From contig CAWKIC010000027.1 of assembly GCA_963849615.1 (NCBI GenBank), positions 4,344-68,343 of the forward strand: 64,000 nucleotides of DNA, given 5' to 3'. The notes beneath the pieces were generated by a model. The model was not told the origin of the DNA and made no database searches. It saw nothing but the letters and a program-made list of their open reading frames with translations. Both the position numbers and the translations under genes were made by a program. The stretch's first letter is position 1, and every line of letters starts with the position of its first letter. This stretch comes from an uncultured Bacteroidales bacterium. GTDB lineage: Bacteria > Bacteroidota > Bacteroidia > Bacteroidales > VadinHA17. Of the stretch, positions 1-9,730 are shown piece after piece.

Positions 1-590
1 GGTGAACCGGGCGGCGACGATCATCACCGGCCGCAGTTCGGGGGAATTGCTTGGGGCGGACGTCGTCGCATGTGCTCGAACTGCCAGCGGACGCGGCGCT
101 GCAACGTCGATGGGCCGGACGCACGGAAGTTCGAGTTCGAGTACATGAAGCCGTCCGGCCAGCGCATCGTGCTCGGTCTGGGCGCTGCGCCTCTGACCGG
201 CGAGAGCGACACGCGTGGCCTGCGTCTTCACGTTCCAGGACGTCACGGAGTCGAAGCGCCGGGAATACGAGGCGGAGCGTCAGAAGCGCCTTGCGGCGAT
301 CGGCGAGATGGCGGCCGGCATCGCCGCACGAAATCCGGAATCCCCTGGCGTCGATGGCCGGGTCGATGCAGTTGCTGCGCGCCGAACTGCCGCTCTCGGG
401 CGAGCAGGCGCAGTTGATGGACATCGTGCTGCGCGAGTCGAGCCGGCTCAACGAGATCATCCGGAACTTCCTCGCCTACGCCCGCCCGCAGCGCGGCGCC
501 AGCCGGCGCGTGGACGTTCGCAGCATGGTCGCCGACACGTCCGTGCTGCTGCGCAACAGCCCGGATTGCCGGGCCGAACACGTCCTGCAA
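1..590 (+). CDS. Fragment of PAS-HisKA sensor histidine kinase (PilS/NtrB-like), GC-rich, frameshifted and truncated
   Basis: Joined frames read ...FTFQDVTE...RLAAIGEMAAGIA/HEIRNPLASMAGSMQLL...ESSRLNEIIRNFLAYARP (H-box). Ends abruptly at a GC-to-AT transition. Confidence 0.8.
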
Positions 591-2223
591 TAAGTATATA
601 AAAAACTGATACAGAAACCATACAGGTCCTTTGAAGGAAAAATCGTCCGGAATATCGATGTTGTTACACTGGATCCTTTTCATTATTCAGCATCTGATAC
701 TTCTGTTGGTAAACAAAATATTTTTTCCAAAGCAGGGAATGGGATACATGTTAAAACACAAGGCATCACTATCCGGAACCTGTTGCTTATCCATAAGAAT
801 CAACCTTTCAATTCTTTACTCGTTAAAGAATCAGAGCGTTTAATCCGTAACCAGAAATATGTCCATGAGGTTTCTTTCTCTGTAGTGGCGGCAGGCGCAA
901 AATCCGATTCAGTGGATATCTTTATTCGTGAACTGGATAATTGGAGCCTTGTTCCGGGTGGTTCTGTTTCAGCCTCAGGGATGAGCATTGCTTTAACCGA
1001 TAAAAATTTTCTGGGCTATGGCCATGAATTTCAGAATGCCTTTTCAAGAAATTTTAATCGTGATATCAGTTCATTTAATACAACCTATAACATTCCAAAC
1101 GTTAGGAACTCTTATGTAAGTTCAAAATTACATCTGGGAATTGACGGGTATGGAAATTTCAGCAGGAGCGTCGGGATTGACCGTCCGTTTTTTTCTCCCC
1201 TCGCAAAGTGGGCGGCAGGTGTTTCTTTTTGCTTCTCAGATTAAAAAAGATTCCCTCAAAGATATCAATTCGGTTTATGTCCCGGTGACTTTGAAATTCA
1301 GGACACAGGATTACTGGGCAGGCAAAGCGTTTCAGCTTTTCAAAGGAAATACAGAAGATTTACTTGTAACAAATCTGATTCTGGCGGCGAGATATCTGCA
1401 TATCAGGTTTTTGGAGAAACCTGCCGAAGATTTAGATCCGTTTAATTATTATTCCGGTGAAAATTTTTTCCTGGCTACGGCCGGAATTTCAACCAGGAAA
1501 TATGTTCAGGATAGATATATTTTCAGATTCGGTGTTACAGAAGATGTTCCGATTGGAAGTGTCTATTCATTAACAGGGGGTTATCAGGTGAAAAATAATT
1601 CAGGGAGGTTGTATTTGGGTATGCGGGTTTATTTTGGAAACTATAATGAATGGGGATATCTGAGTTCAAACTTCGAATACGGAACTTTCTTCCATGCATC
1701 GCATTCTGAACAGGGGGTTGTGACAATAGGCGTAAATTACTTTACGGGATTATTTGAAATAGGTAAATGGAGATTCAGGCAATTTGTGAAACCACAGTTG
1801 ACGGTTGGGATAAACAGGTTCCCAACCGATAGCCTGACTATTAATGATGGTTATGGTCTGGACGGATTTAGCAGTCCTGCTTTGTCGGGAATTAACCGTC
1901 TCTTATTTACGCTGCAGACACAGTCATATGCCCCCTGGAATGTTTTTGGTTTCCGGCTGGGACCATATCTTACTTATTCACTTGGTATGCTTAGCGATGC
2001 AGTAACCAGTTTTAAAGACAGCAAAGTGTATTCACAATTTGGATTTGGAGTTTTAATTAAGAATGAAAATCTGGTTTTTAAAACATTTCAGATTTCTGTC
2101 TCATTTTATCCGTTAATTCCCGGAAGAGGGCAAAATGTTTTTAAAATGAACTCATTTAAAACGACTGATTTTGGTTTCAGGGATTTTGAAATTGAAAAAC
2201 CCGCAAGTACGATTTATCAATAA
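591..2223 (+). CDS. Outer-membrane beta-barrel protein, BamA/TamA-like (5' truncated, frameshifted)
   Basis: POTRA-like segment (FNSLLVKESERLIRNQKYV...D), then NFLGYGH and amphipathic beta-strands. ORFs 783-1244 and 1141-2223 join by frameshift. Confidence 0.6.
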
Positions 2224-2272
2224 TATGAATTCAAAATCTTACCCTACGCTCGGGAAGGTCACCTCTTAAACG

Positions 2273-2337
2273 TGTAAATTATGTAACTTTTTCGGGAAAT
2301 TATGTAACGATTCCGGTAATTGAGTAACATATCTTTG
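2273..2337 (+). promoter_or_regulatory. Regulon promoter 1
   Basis: ATGTAAC at 2281 and 2302 (21-bp period); TATCTTTG at 2330. Confidence 0.8.
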
Positions 2338-2454
2338 TTAATACATAGTCAAATAACAACTTTTGATTAATACTTATGAATATTATTCCCAACAAAATAA
2401 TATTAAACAAATAATTAAAAAAACAATAAATTATTAATTAAAAAAATCATTTAA

Positions 2455-2774
2455 ATGAAAAAGATCGCTCTTTGTCTTATGGTGGCATGCTTGTCATTAA
2501 CATTTCTACCATATCAGTTATCTGCTGCAACTACTGGGGAACCTACCTCAATACCTGCACCAAAACCTGCAGAAAATGCAGAATCTAAAGCCTTGATTCT
2601 GAGGTTAGATGAAATTAAAGCAATGGATATGTCGAAATTGAAATCGGAAGAGAAGAAAAATTTGGGAAAGAAGTAAAGTCAATTAAACACAGTCTCAGAG
2701 CAATTGGAAATGGCGTTTACCTTTTAGGCGCTGCAATTATTCTTATAGTTGTCCTGTTAATTGTTTTATTGTAA
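2455..2774 (+). CDS. Small secreted/membrane protein (frameshifted)
   Basis: Signal peptide, RLDEIKAMDMSKL helix; continues out of frame to GVYL...IILIVVLLIVLL* at 2774. Confidence 0.6.
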
Positions 2775-2794
2775 AAAATTAAAAGACAGAAATC

Positions 2795-2941
2795 ATGGAA
2801 ATTTTACCTTATGTCGTAGCCGTGGTACTGCTCGTCGCATGGGCGATCGGATTTGTGGGCTTTCATGTGGGGGGCATTATTCATGTTCTTCTTGTTATTG
2901 CAATTATTAATTATGATAGAGTGGGCAAAAAAATATTATAA
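2795..2941 (+). CDS. lmo0937-family (DUF5670-like) small membrane protein, 48 aa, not in ORF track
   Basis: MEILPYVVAVVLLVAWAIGFVGFHVGGIIHVLLVIAII... Confidence 0.75.
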   Translation: MEILPYVVAVVLLVAWAIGFVGFHVGGIIHVLLVIAIINYDRVGKKIL

Positions 2942-2966
2942 GTCCATCCCTTAGATAACAATCATA

Positions 2967-3050
2967 AAGTCCACCCTGATAATAGCTCACACTGAAGCAA
3001 CGCGGAGGTGTGAGTGAGAATATAATATTTTTCGGTGTGGACTTCTTTTA
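2967..3050 (+). other. Nested stem-loop (possible terminator or structured RNA)
   Basis: AAGTCCAC(2967)/GTGGACTT(3037) encloses CTCACAC(2986)/GTGTGAG(3008), followed by CTTTTA. Confidence 0.45.
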
Positions 3051-3081
3051 ATAATTGAAGTATTAATTTAATAATAAAAAA

Positions 3082-3357
3082 ATGAGCTCAGGAAAAGTAT
3101 TATTCAGTGTATTGGCTGGTGTCCACCGGTGCAGTTTTAGGGATTTTGTTTGCCCCTGATAAAGGTTCTGTCACACGAAAGAAAATATCTGATAAAGGGG
3201 AAGATTATGCGGCTGCAGTAAAAGAAAAATTCAATGAATTTCTGGATGACATATCTGCAAAATTTGAAGAGGTGAAAGAAGACGTTCCGAATTTAAGGAA
3301 GAGCGTAAGGCAAAATCGAATGCAACCAAAAAAGATATGAATACTGCCGCGGGATAA
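3082..3357 (+). CDS. YtxH-domain general stress protein (frameshifted)
   Basis: MSSGKVLFSVLAGV/..GAVLGILFAPDKGSVTRKKI. Confidence 0.8.
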
Positions 3358-3359
3358 CC

Positions 3360-3700
3360 ATGGAAGACAATGGAAAGCTGATTGAATCACTGCTGGAAAG
3401 AGCCACTGAATATGGTAAAACAAGCTTTGAGATTTTAAAGCTTAAAGCCCTGAACAAAACATCGGATATTGCATCTACATTCTTGCCCTATGCGGTTGTA
3501 ATTGTCTTTCTGGCAGTATTCATGCTTTTCTCAATCTCGGATTAGCCTTTTGGTTAGGCGAAATCCTGGGCGGAATTTTTTTCGAGTGATTGTTCGTGGT
3601 AGGCGGCTTTTGTCGGATAGCAGGGGGTAATTGTACATTTCTTTTTGCATGAATGGCTTAAAAAGAAGGTTTCCGATTTAGTCCTTGAGCAGTATAAATA
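3360..3700 (+). CDS. Phage-holin-like/DUF1469-type membrane protein (frameshifted, end approximate)
   Basis: LIESLLERATEYGKTSFEILKLKA followed by two hydrophobic segments; typical YtxH neighbour. Confidence 0.55.
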
Positions 3701-3707
3701 GAATCAC

Positions 3708-4106
3708 ATGCAAAAAATAAATTCGACTGCCGAACTTAAAAATGCTATACAATTATTGGAGGCAGAACTGGCTGAAAAGGAAATGCTTTAAAAGAACAGT
3801 TTTCCAATGCCGTTGAAAGCTTCAAGCCTTCCAACCTTCTTGCAAGCTCTTTAAATGATATAACCAAATCACCTTATCTGATTGACAACATATTGGGTGC
3901 GGGCATCGGTCTGGTTACCGGTTTGTATTCAAAAAAATTAATGTTAAGTCCGTCAGCCAGCAAATTCAAAAAGTTTTTTGGAAGTTGTATTGCAGTTTGG
4001 GGTCACAAACCTGGTTGCTCGACATCAGGGGACTTTGAGAGCAATCGGTACCGTTATTTTTCGTCATCTTACCCGCAGGAAAAAAATGAATTCCATACAA
4101 CCGTGA
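3708..4106 (+). CDS. Hypothetical protein (frameshifted)
   Basis: MQKINSTAELKNAIQLLE.../...IDNILGAGIGLVTG.../LQFGVTNLVA...; stop overlaps next GTG. Confidence 0.55.
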
Positions 4107-5189
4107 CAGATCAGGAATTAAAATTACCATTTTACGCAAAAGCGACAATCTTTCTGATAGGGCTTGTGGCCCTATTTTCTGTATTATATATTGCAAAAGG
4201 TATAATTATTCCATTGGTATTTGCAACCATTCTGGCTATCCTGCTCCATCCGGTAGTTAATTTTTTCGTAAGGATAAGAATAAACAGAATAGTAGCCATT
4301 GCAATTACTTTAATAATTACTTTTCTATTCCTTGCAGGTTTTAGTGCACTTTTAATCTCCCAGGTAAGCAGGTTCACCGATTTCTGGCCGGTACTGGTCG
4401 ATAAATTTACCTTAATAATTAACCAGACTATTTCTGAGGGTGCTCAGATTATTTCAATAGAGATCCTCAGAAGATCCACGAATGGATAGCAAAAACCCAG
4501 GGAGAAATTCTGAACTCCAGTGCTGCAGCAATAGGGCATACACTTAAAATGATCGGTGGCGGACTTGTAGTAGTGCTTTTGCTTCCTGTATATATCTTCC
4601 TTATTTTATTCTACCAGCCTCTCCTGATTGAATTTATTCACAGGTTGTTTGGTAAGGATAATCATAATCAGGTAAGTGAAATAGTTTCAAAGATTAAAAA
4701 AGTTATTCAACGCTATCTTGCAGGTCTTGTTATTGAAGCAGCAATAGTAGCGTCATTGGATACCTTTGCTCTTTTGCTCCTTGGCATTGATTATGCTCTT
4801 CTTCTGGGTATTATAGGGGCCTCTTAATGTAATCCCATACGTTGGAGGACTGGTTGCTGTTTCATGCCAATGATGGTTGCCTTGTTACCAAATCTCACCA
4901 TTATTCGTGTTTTTACATAATGGCTGCTTATTATTTCATTCAGTTGATCGATAATAATTATATAGTTCCTTATATAGTTGCCTCAAAAGTAAAAATCAAT
5001 GCACTTTTCTCAATTATAGCAGTTCTTGCCGGGAATGCATTATGGGGCATACCCGGTATGTTTCTGGCAATTCCGCTCCTTGCTGTTATAAAATTAATTT
5101 TCGATAATATCGAACCGCTAAAAGCCTGGGGATTTTTATTAGGGATGCCAGTTGCCCCCTTTAATAAAAATAAAACCTATCAGCCTTAA
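4103..5189 (+). CDS. AI-2E family transporter (PerM-like), several frameshifts
   Basis: IIPLVFATILAILLHP...; IQLIDNNYIVPYIV...LWGIPGMFLAIP signature. Confidence 0.85.
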
Positions 5190-5275
5190 CCTGAGGCCTA
5201 AGTTGAAAAAGAAGTAACGGTCAATTAATTTATCAATAGTCCCGGCCAGGCACTGTTGAAATAAGTCAAAATCCT

Positions 5276-5405
5276 TTAACCGCCTGCCGGCAGGCAGGCG
5301 CAAAGGGCGCGAAAGGAAAGCACAAAGTTCCGCAAAGAGCTGAATTTATGTGTTTTAGCTTTGCGTTCTTTGCGACATCGTACCGTTCTTTGCGGTTAAA
5401 AAAAA
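5276..5405. repeat. CGCAAAG-type palindromic element with nested CCTGCCGGCAGGCAGG palindrome; inverted copy at 29301-29405
   Basis: TTTAACCGC...GCGGTTAAA ends; internal CGCAAAG/CTTTGCG units. Confidence 0.7.
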
Positions 5406-5478
5406 GGATTGAGCTATACTGAAACGCTTAATCAAAAGAATGTCTGATCGTTTTCTGAAAGACCGCAGATTAAAGACC

Positions 5479-8454
5479 TCATTTCATTCTTAAAGAATTG
5501 AACATATCAAGTTTAAAAACAAACCGGATCCGGTCTTTAAATGATCCGGTTATTGATTTAATATTATCGGAAACAACCAGGGGAACATAGATCTCGAAAA
5601 AGTTCCAAACTCCTGCTTTAAAACCTGCTTCAAAGAATAGGAGCGATCTATTGTTCGTCACGATACCATGATCATTAAGTAAAACATTAACGAAAGGTTT
5701 CAAAGGAATCCAGGTAACTTTTCCGGGCAGACTGCTGGTTAACGAGAGTGATAATAACCGGCGGCTGTATCCAAGAGTATCATTCAGGGGAGAAACCAAC
5801 CCTCCTTCGGATAAAGTCATCTGTCGCGACCAGAAAGTTTTCGGGAACACAGTAAACCGGTCCGGATAAATTCCCTCGTACAGATATTGTTCCCGGCCAC
5901 CCCTTCCACTGGCTGCAAAACCATAAAACGGATCCGCAGAACTGTTTTTCAGCATGGTGCCGGCAAAAAATCTGAAATTAAGTCCACTTTTTTTACCATA
6001 ATAACTGTGTGTATAGGTAAGATCCAGGAATGTCTTCTGAAACGAGCTCCCTGATTCAAAAGAAACTGATAAACTGAAGGGATTGATAATACCGGGTCTT
6101 TCTAAATTGTAACCGAACTGCAGATATGAACGCATCTTAACTGGCATAAGCAGTTCAATATTATGGAGATCTGATGCAGTTATAAAATATCCAAAGACAT
6201 TCTGGCTGACAGGATTGATCATATTTTTTGATCTGAGACGAAGGTCTGCTCCTATCTTCGCTTTTTGATAGTTCTGATTACCAGGCGCCCCGAATTTCTC
6301 TCCTTCCATTGTAAATGTTGCAATCCTGATAAGATTGTTATAGGGAATTATGTTGAATGAGATTTTTCCAAATCCTGTGAGCCCCTGATTACGAAACGTA
6401 TAAAAAGGAATGATAAAATATTCAACTTGTTTGGGCATAAGTGTCCCATTATTAAGGACCATCCCTGCCATAAAACCGTCCAGGCTGTTCCAGTCAAAAA
6501 CGGGGGTATACAATAATGTCCGTTTCTCCGGATCATCAATTGTATATAAGAAACGGAATTGCAGAAGGTCAGCTTTACGACAGGCACCTGATGTACGGAT
6601 GTTGTTGTTAAGCCTGAACAGTTCAGGCATTTTATGTTCAGGATCTAATTTTATTTCTGAATTGTTATTCCCTGGTGCATTGACCCATTTCTTCCCCTTA
6701 AAACCCTCTTCCCAGTATTCGGTAATGTTTGAACCACCTTTTATTCCCGCTATCAGGAGCGGGGCTTCCAACTCACCTTTGTTTTTAATAAGGAGTTTCC
6801 GGTCCTGATAACGGACTATTTTATAATCAAGCCGTTGGGTTGTTCCCAGGAAATCCTTAAAGAACCATGAGAGATCTTTGGCTGTGTTGGATTCAAAGAC
6901 CGCTTTCAGATCCTCCGGACGGGGATGCTTGTTCTTCCATTCGCTGTAGTAATCATGCATTGCTGAATCAAACCGGGAGTCGCCAAGATAAGCCCGCAGA
7001 TAGTTGAAACCCTGTGCGGCTTTATTATAAATTATACTTCCGTAATTCTCATTACTGTAACCTGTAGCCGCAAGATTAATGGGTTGTTCAAGGTTCCGGC
7101 GTGCCGGGATAAGCCATTCGATCTCCTGAATCCGTTGTGCCGGCATTTCATCAATTTTGAAAAACTTAGCCAGTTTCCTGTTTTTAAAATCAATTTCCCA
7201 AAGTTTTTTACCGGGATATTTTTCAGTTAAATATCTCGATTCGTATGCACTTGCTATGCTTTCATCCATAAAGGGGAATCTTCGTTCGTCAGATCCGATC
7301 GCACTGTAAAACCAGTTATGACAAATTTCATGGGCAATTACTTCATCCAGAAGATAAGGATCGCCCGCAAGTCCAATTACGGTCACACCGGGATACTCCA
7401 TTCCTGCTCCGGAATTCAGAGCGCTCTGAACAGCGGTAAAGTTATTATAAGGATAGTCCCCGATCCATTTTGAAAAATACATGATCGCGTCATTCACATA
7501 TGAGATCGCATCTTTCCACAGGTGTGCTTCCTGGTTAGTGAACATCACCCACGTGGTTACTTCTCTTTTCGAATCGGGCAGGGTTACAGTTCCTTTCCGA
7601 ACATGAAATCTCTTATCAGCAAACCAGGCAAAATCATGAATGTTATTCTCTGTATACCTTAAAGTCTTTACCTGCTTTGATGATTGGGGAAAATCCGTAT
7701 CTCTCAGGTAAAGTGATTTAATCCGGGAGCTATCAGCGGAAAGAATTTCAAGCATCTTCTTTTCCTCTTCATTCTGAAGTTCACCTGTTGCACCAACGAT
7801 ATAATTAGCAGGCAATGTAATGCTCACGTCAAAACTGCCAAATTCAGAAAAGAACTCAGCATAATCCAGATATGGCATCTGATGCCAGCCCGATCTGTCA
7901 TATACTGCAGGTTTTGGATACCATTGTGAGATTTGATACGATTCTTCTATATGCCCCAGCCGTGAAGTGACTCCCTTTGGAATTTTTACATGAAAAGGAG
8001 TGGTAATGACTATGGTATCACCATTTCCAGGCGGTTTATCAAGAACAATTTTACAAATATCCGGAAACCCCGGCAATAAATCCCACTGCACCTTTTTATC
8101 ATCAACCTTAAAATCCAGTGAATCGATAAATCCCTTTAACTCCGGATCGTTGAACAATTTGCCTTTCCCATTTATGCTGAATATCTGCCTGGCTAATGCT
8201 GTTTTGTTGTTGGAATATGCATTTGGCCAGAGATGAAAATATAAAAAGCTGAGAGTGTCAGGAGAATTGTTAATGTACTCAAGTGACTCGTATCCATTCA
8301 GTTCATGCGTCCGGTCATTAAGAGTCACGTTAATTTTATAATTTACCTCCTGCTGAAAATAATCCTGCGATGAAGCATTAATTAAGGGCCAGAATATGCT
8401 GGTGAAGAGGAAAAAATATTTTCTGAGAAACTGTTCAAAAGCGAGTTTTTGCAT
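5479..8454 (-). CDS. M1 family metallo-aminopeptidase
   Basis: GAGMEYP, HEICH...E zinc motif, YNKAA; signal peptide. Confidence 0.9.
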   Translation of the reverse strand: MQKLAFEQFLRKYFFLFTSIFWPLINASSQDYFQQEVNYKINVTLNDRTHELNGYESLEYINNSPDTLSFLYFHLWPNAYSNNKTALARQIFSINGKGKLFNDPELKGFIDSLDFKVDDKKVQWDLLPGFPDICKIVLDKPPGNGDTIVITTPFHVKIPKGVTSRLGHIEESYQISQWYPKPAVYDRSGWHQMPYLDYAEFFSEFGSFDVSITLPANYIVGATGELQNEEEKKMLEILSADSSRIKSLYLRDTDFPQSSKQVKTLRYTENNIHDFAWFADKRFHVRKGTVTLPDSKREVTTWVMFTNQEAHLWKDAISYVNDAIMYFSKWIGDYPYNNFTAVQSALNSGAGMEYPGVTVIGLAGDPYLLDEVIAHEICHNWFYSAIGSDERRFPFMDESIASAYESRYLTEKYPGKKLWEIDFKNRKLAKFFKIDEMPAQRIQEIEWLIPARRNLEQPINLAATGYSNENYGSIIYNKAAQGFNYLRAYLGDSRFDSAMHDYYSEWKNKHPRPEDLKAVFESNTAKDLSWFFKDFLGTTQRLDYKIVRYQDRKLLIKNKGELEAPLLIAGIKGGSNITEYWEEGFKGKKWVNAPGNNNSEIKLDPEHKMPELFRLNNNIRTSGACRKADLLQFRFLYTIDDPEKRTLLYTPVFDWNSLDGFMAGMVLNNGTLMPKQVEYFIIPFYTFRNQGLTGFGKISFNIIPYNNLIRIATFTMEGEKFGAPGNQNYQKAKIGADLRLRSKNMINPVSQNVFGYFITASDLHNIELLMPVKMRSYLQFGYNLERPGIINPFSLSVSFESGSSFQKTFLDLTYTHSYYGKKSGLNFRFFAGTMLKNSSADPFYGFAASGRGGREQYLYEGIYPDRFTVFPKTFWSRQMTLSEGGLVSPLNDTLGYSRRLLSLSLTSSLPGKVTWIPLKPFVNVLLNDHGIVTNNRSLLFFEAGFKAGVWNFFEIYVPLVVSDNIKSITGSFKDRIRFVFKLDMFNSLRMK

Positions 8455-8544
8455 ATCAGACTGACCCTGAATTATTAACGCTTGATAAAAATAATACGAA
8501 TATACTTCAAATGCACGAATGGTTACTGTACATCAGATCGAATC

Positions 8545-8608
8545 TGTAAATGATGTAACTAATTGCTGAATTTATGTAACGATTCCGGTATTGGGAGAGA
8601 TAACTTCG
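8545..8608 (+). promoter_or_regulatory. Regulon promoter 2
   Basis: ATGTAAC at 8553 and 8574; TAACTTCG at 8601. Confidence 0.8.
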
Positions 8609-8683
8609 CAAAAACAAATCGCCCCCTGGACTGTTCAGGGAATAGGAAGCTATTGTCCAAAATAATAAATTTTATAAATCTAT

Positions 8684-9730
8684 ATGATAGCAGTTAAGAA
8701 AGAAGGTATTATAATACATCAAACCCAATTTGAATTTGAAAATGATGGAGTTCTGAATCCCGCAGTAATTCGTGAAGGTGATAGCGTTCATATTTTCTAC
8801 CGTGCGGTGCAGAAAGGAAATCAATCCAGTATCGGTTATTGCAGACTCGATGGTCCGCTTACGGTTGCTGAACGTTGGGAAAAGCCTATAATGGTTCCGG
8901 AATTCGACTATGAAAGCACATGGCGTCGAAGATGCCCGGATAGTTAAGATTGATGACCTTTATTATATGACATATACGGGATACGATGGGACAAATGCCC
9001 GGGGAGCTCTGGCCACTTCAAAAGATTTAAAGAATTTTACAAAACAGGGGATCATTGTCCCTCTGATAACATATGCAGAATTTGTATTCCTGGCTGAATC
9101 TGCAGGTAAGGTAAATGAAAATTATTACCGTAATCACAAATTTTATTACCAGGTGGCAGATCCTGAAAAGAAAATGATGTTGTGGGACAAAAATGTGACT
9201 TTCTTTCCCACGGAAAATTAATGGCAACCTGGTATTTCTTCACCGGATCAGACCGGGCATTCAAATTGTTTCTGTCAACAATCTGAAGGAACTCACCTCG
9301 GAATACTGGGAAGAATTACCTTATGGATCTGCAGGAGCATATAGTCCTTGATCCGGTTTACGGTCACGAGTTAAACTATATCGGCAGTGGCTGTCCTCCA
9401 ATCGAAACCGAACATGGGTGGTTGTTGATTTACCATGGAGTGGGGAAATCGGACAGAGGATGTGTATATTCTGCATGCGCCGCACTTCTGGATCTGAATG
9501 ATCCATCCAAAGAACTGGCACGGCTTCCTTATGCATTGTTTTCACCTGAATATGAATGGGAATTGTATGGTGAAGTGAATAATGTTGTTTTCCCTACCGG
9601 TACTGCCATTTTTGGTAATACTTTGTTTATCTATTATGGGGCAGCGGATACGACTATTGCCGTTGCTTCGGTGAATTTACCGGCCCTGGTGGCTGAATTA
9701 TTAACTTATGCAGGTAATGATGAAAAATAA
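8684..9730 (+). CDS. GH130 (PH1107-like) glycosidase/mannoside phosphorylase, frameshifted
   Basis: GVLNPA, YRAV, GVEDARI, WDKN, GSGCPPIET...WLLIYHG, NVVFPTG, YYGAAD. Confidence 0.85.
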
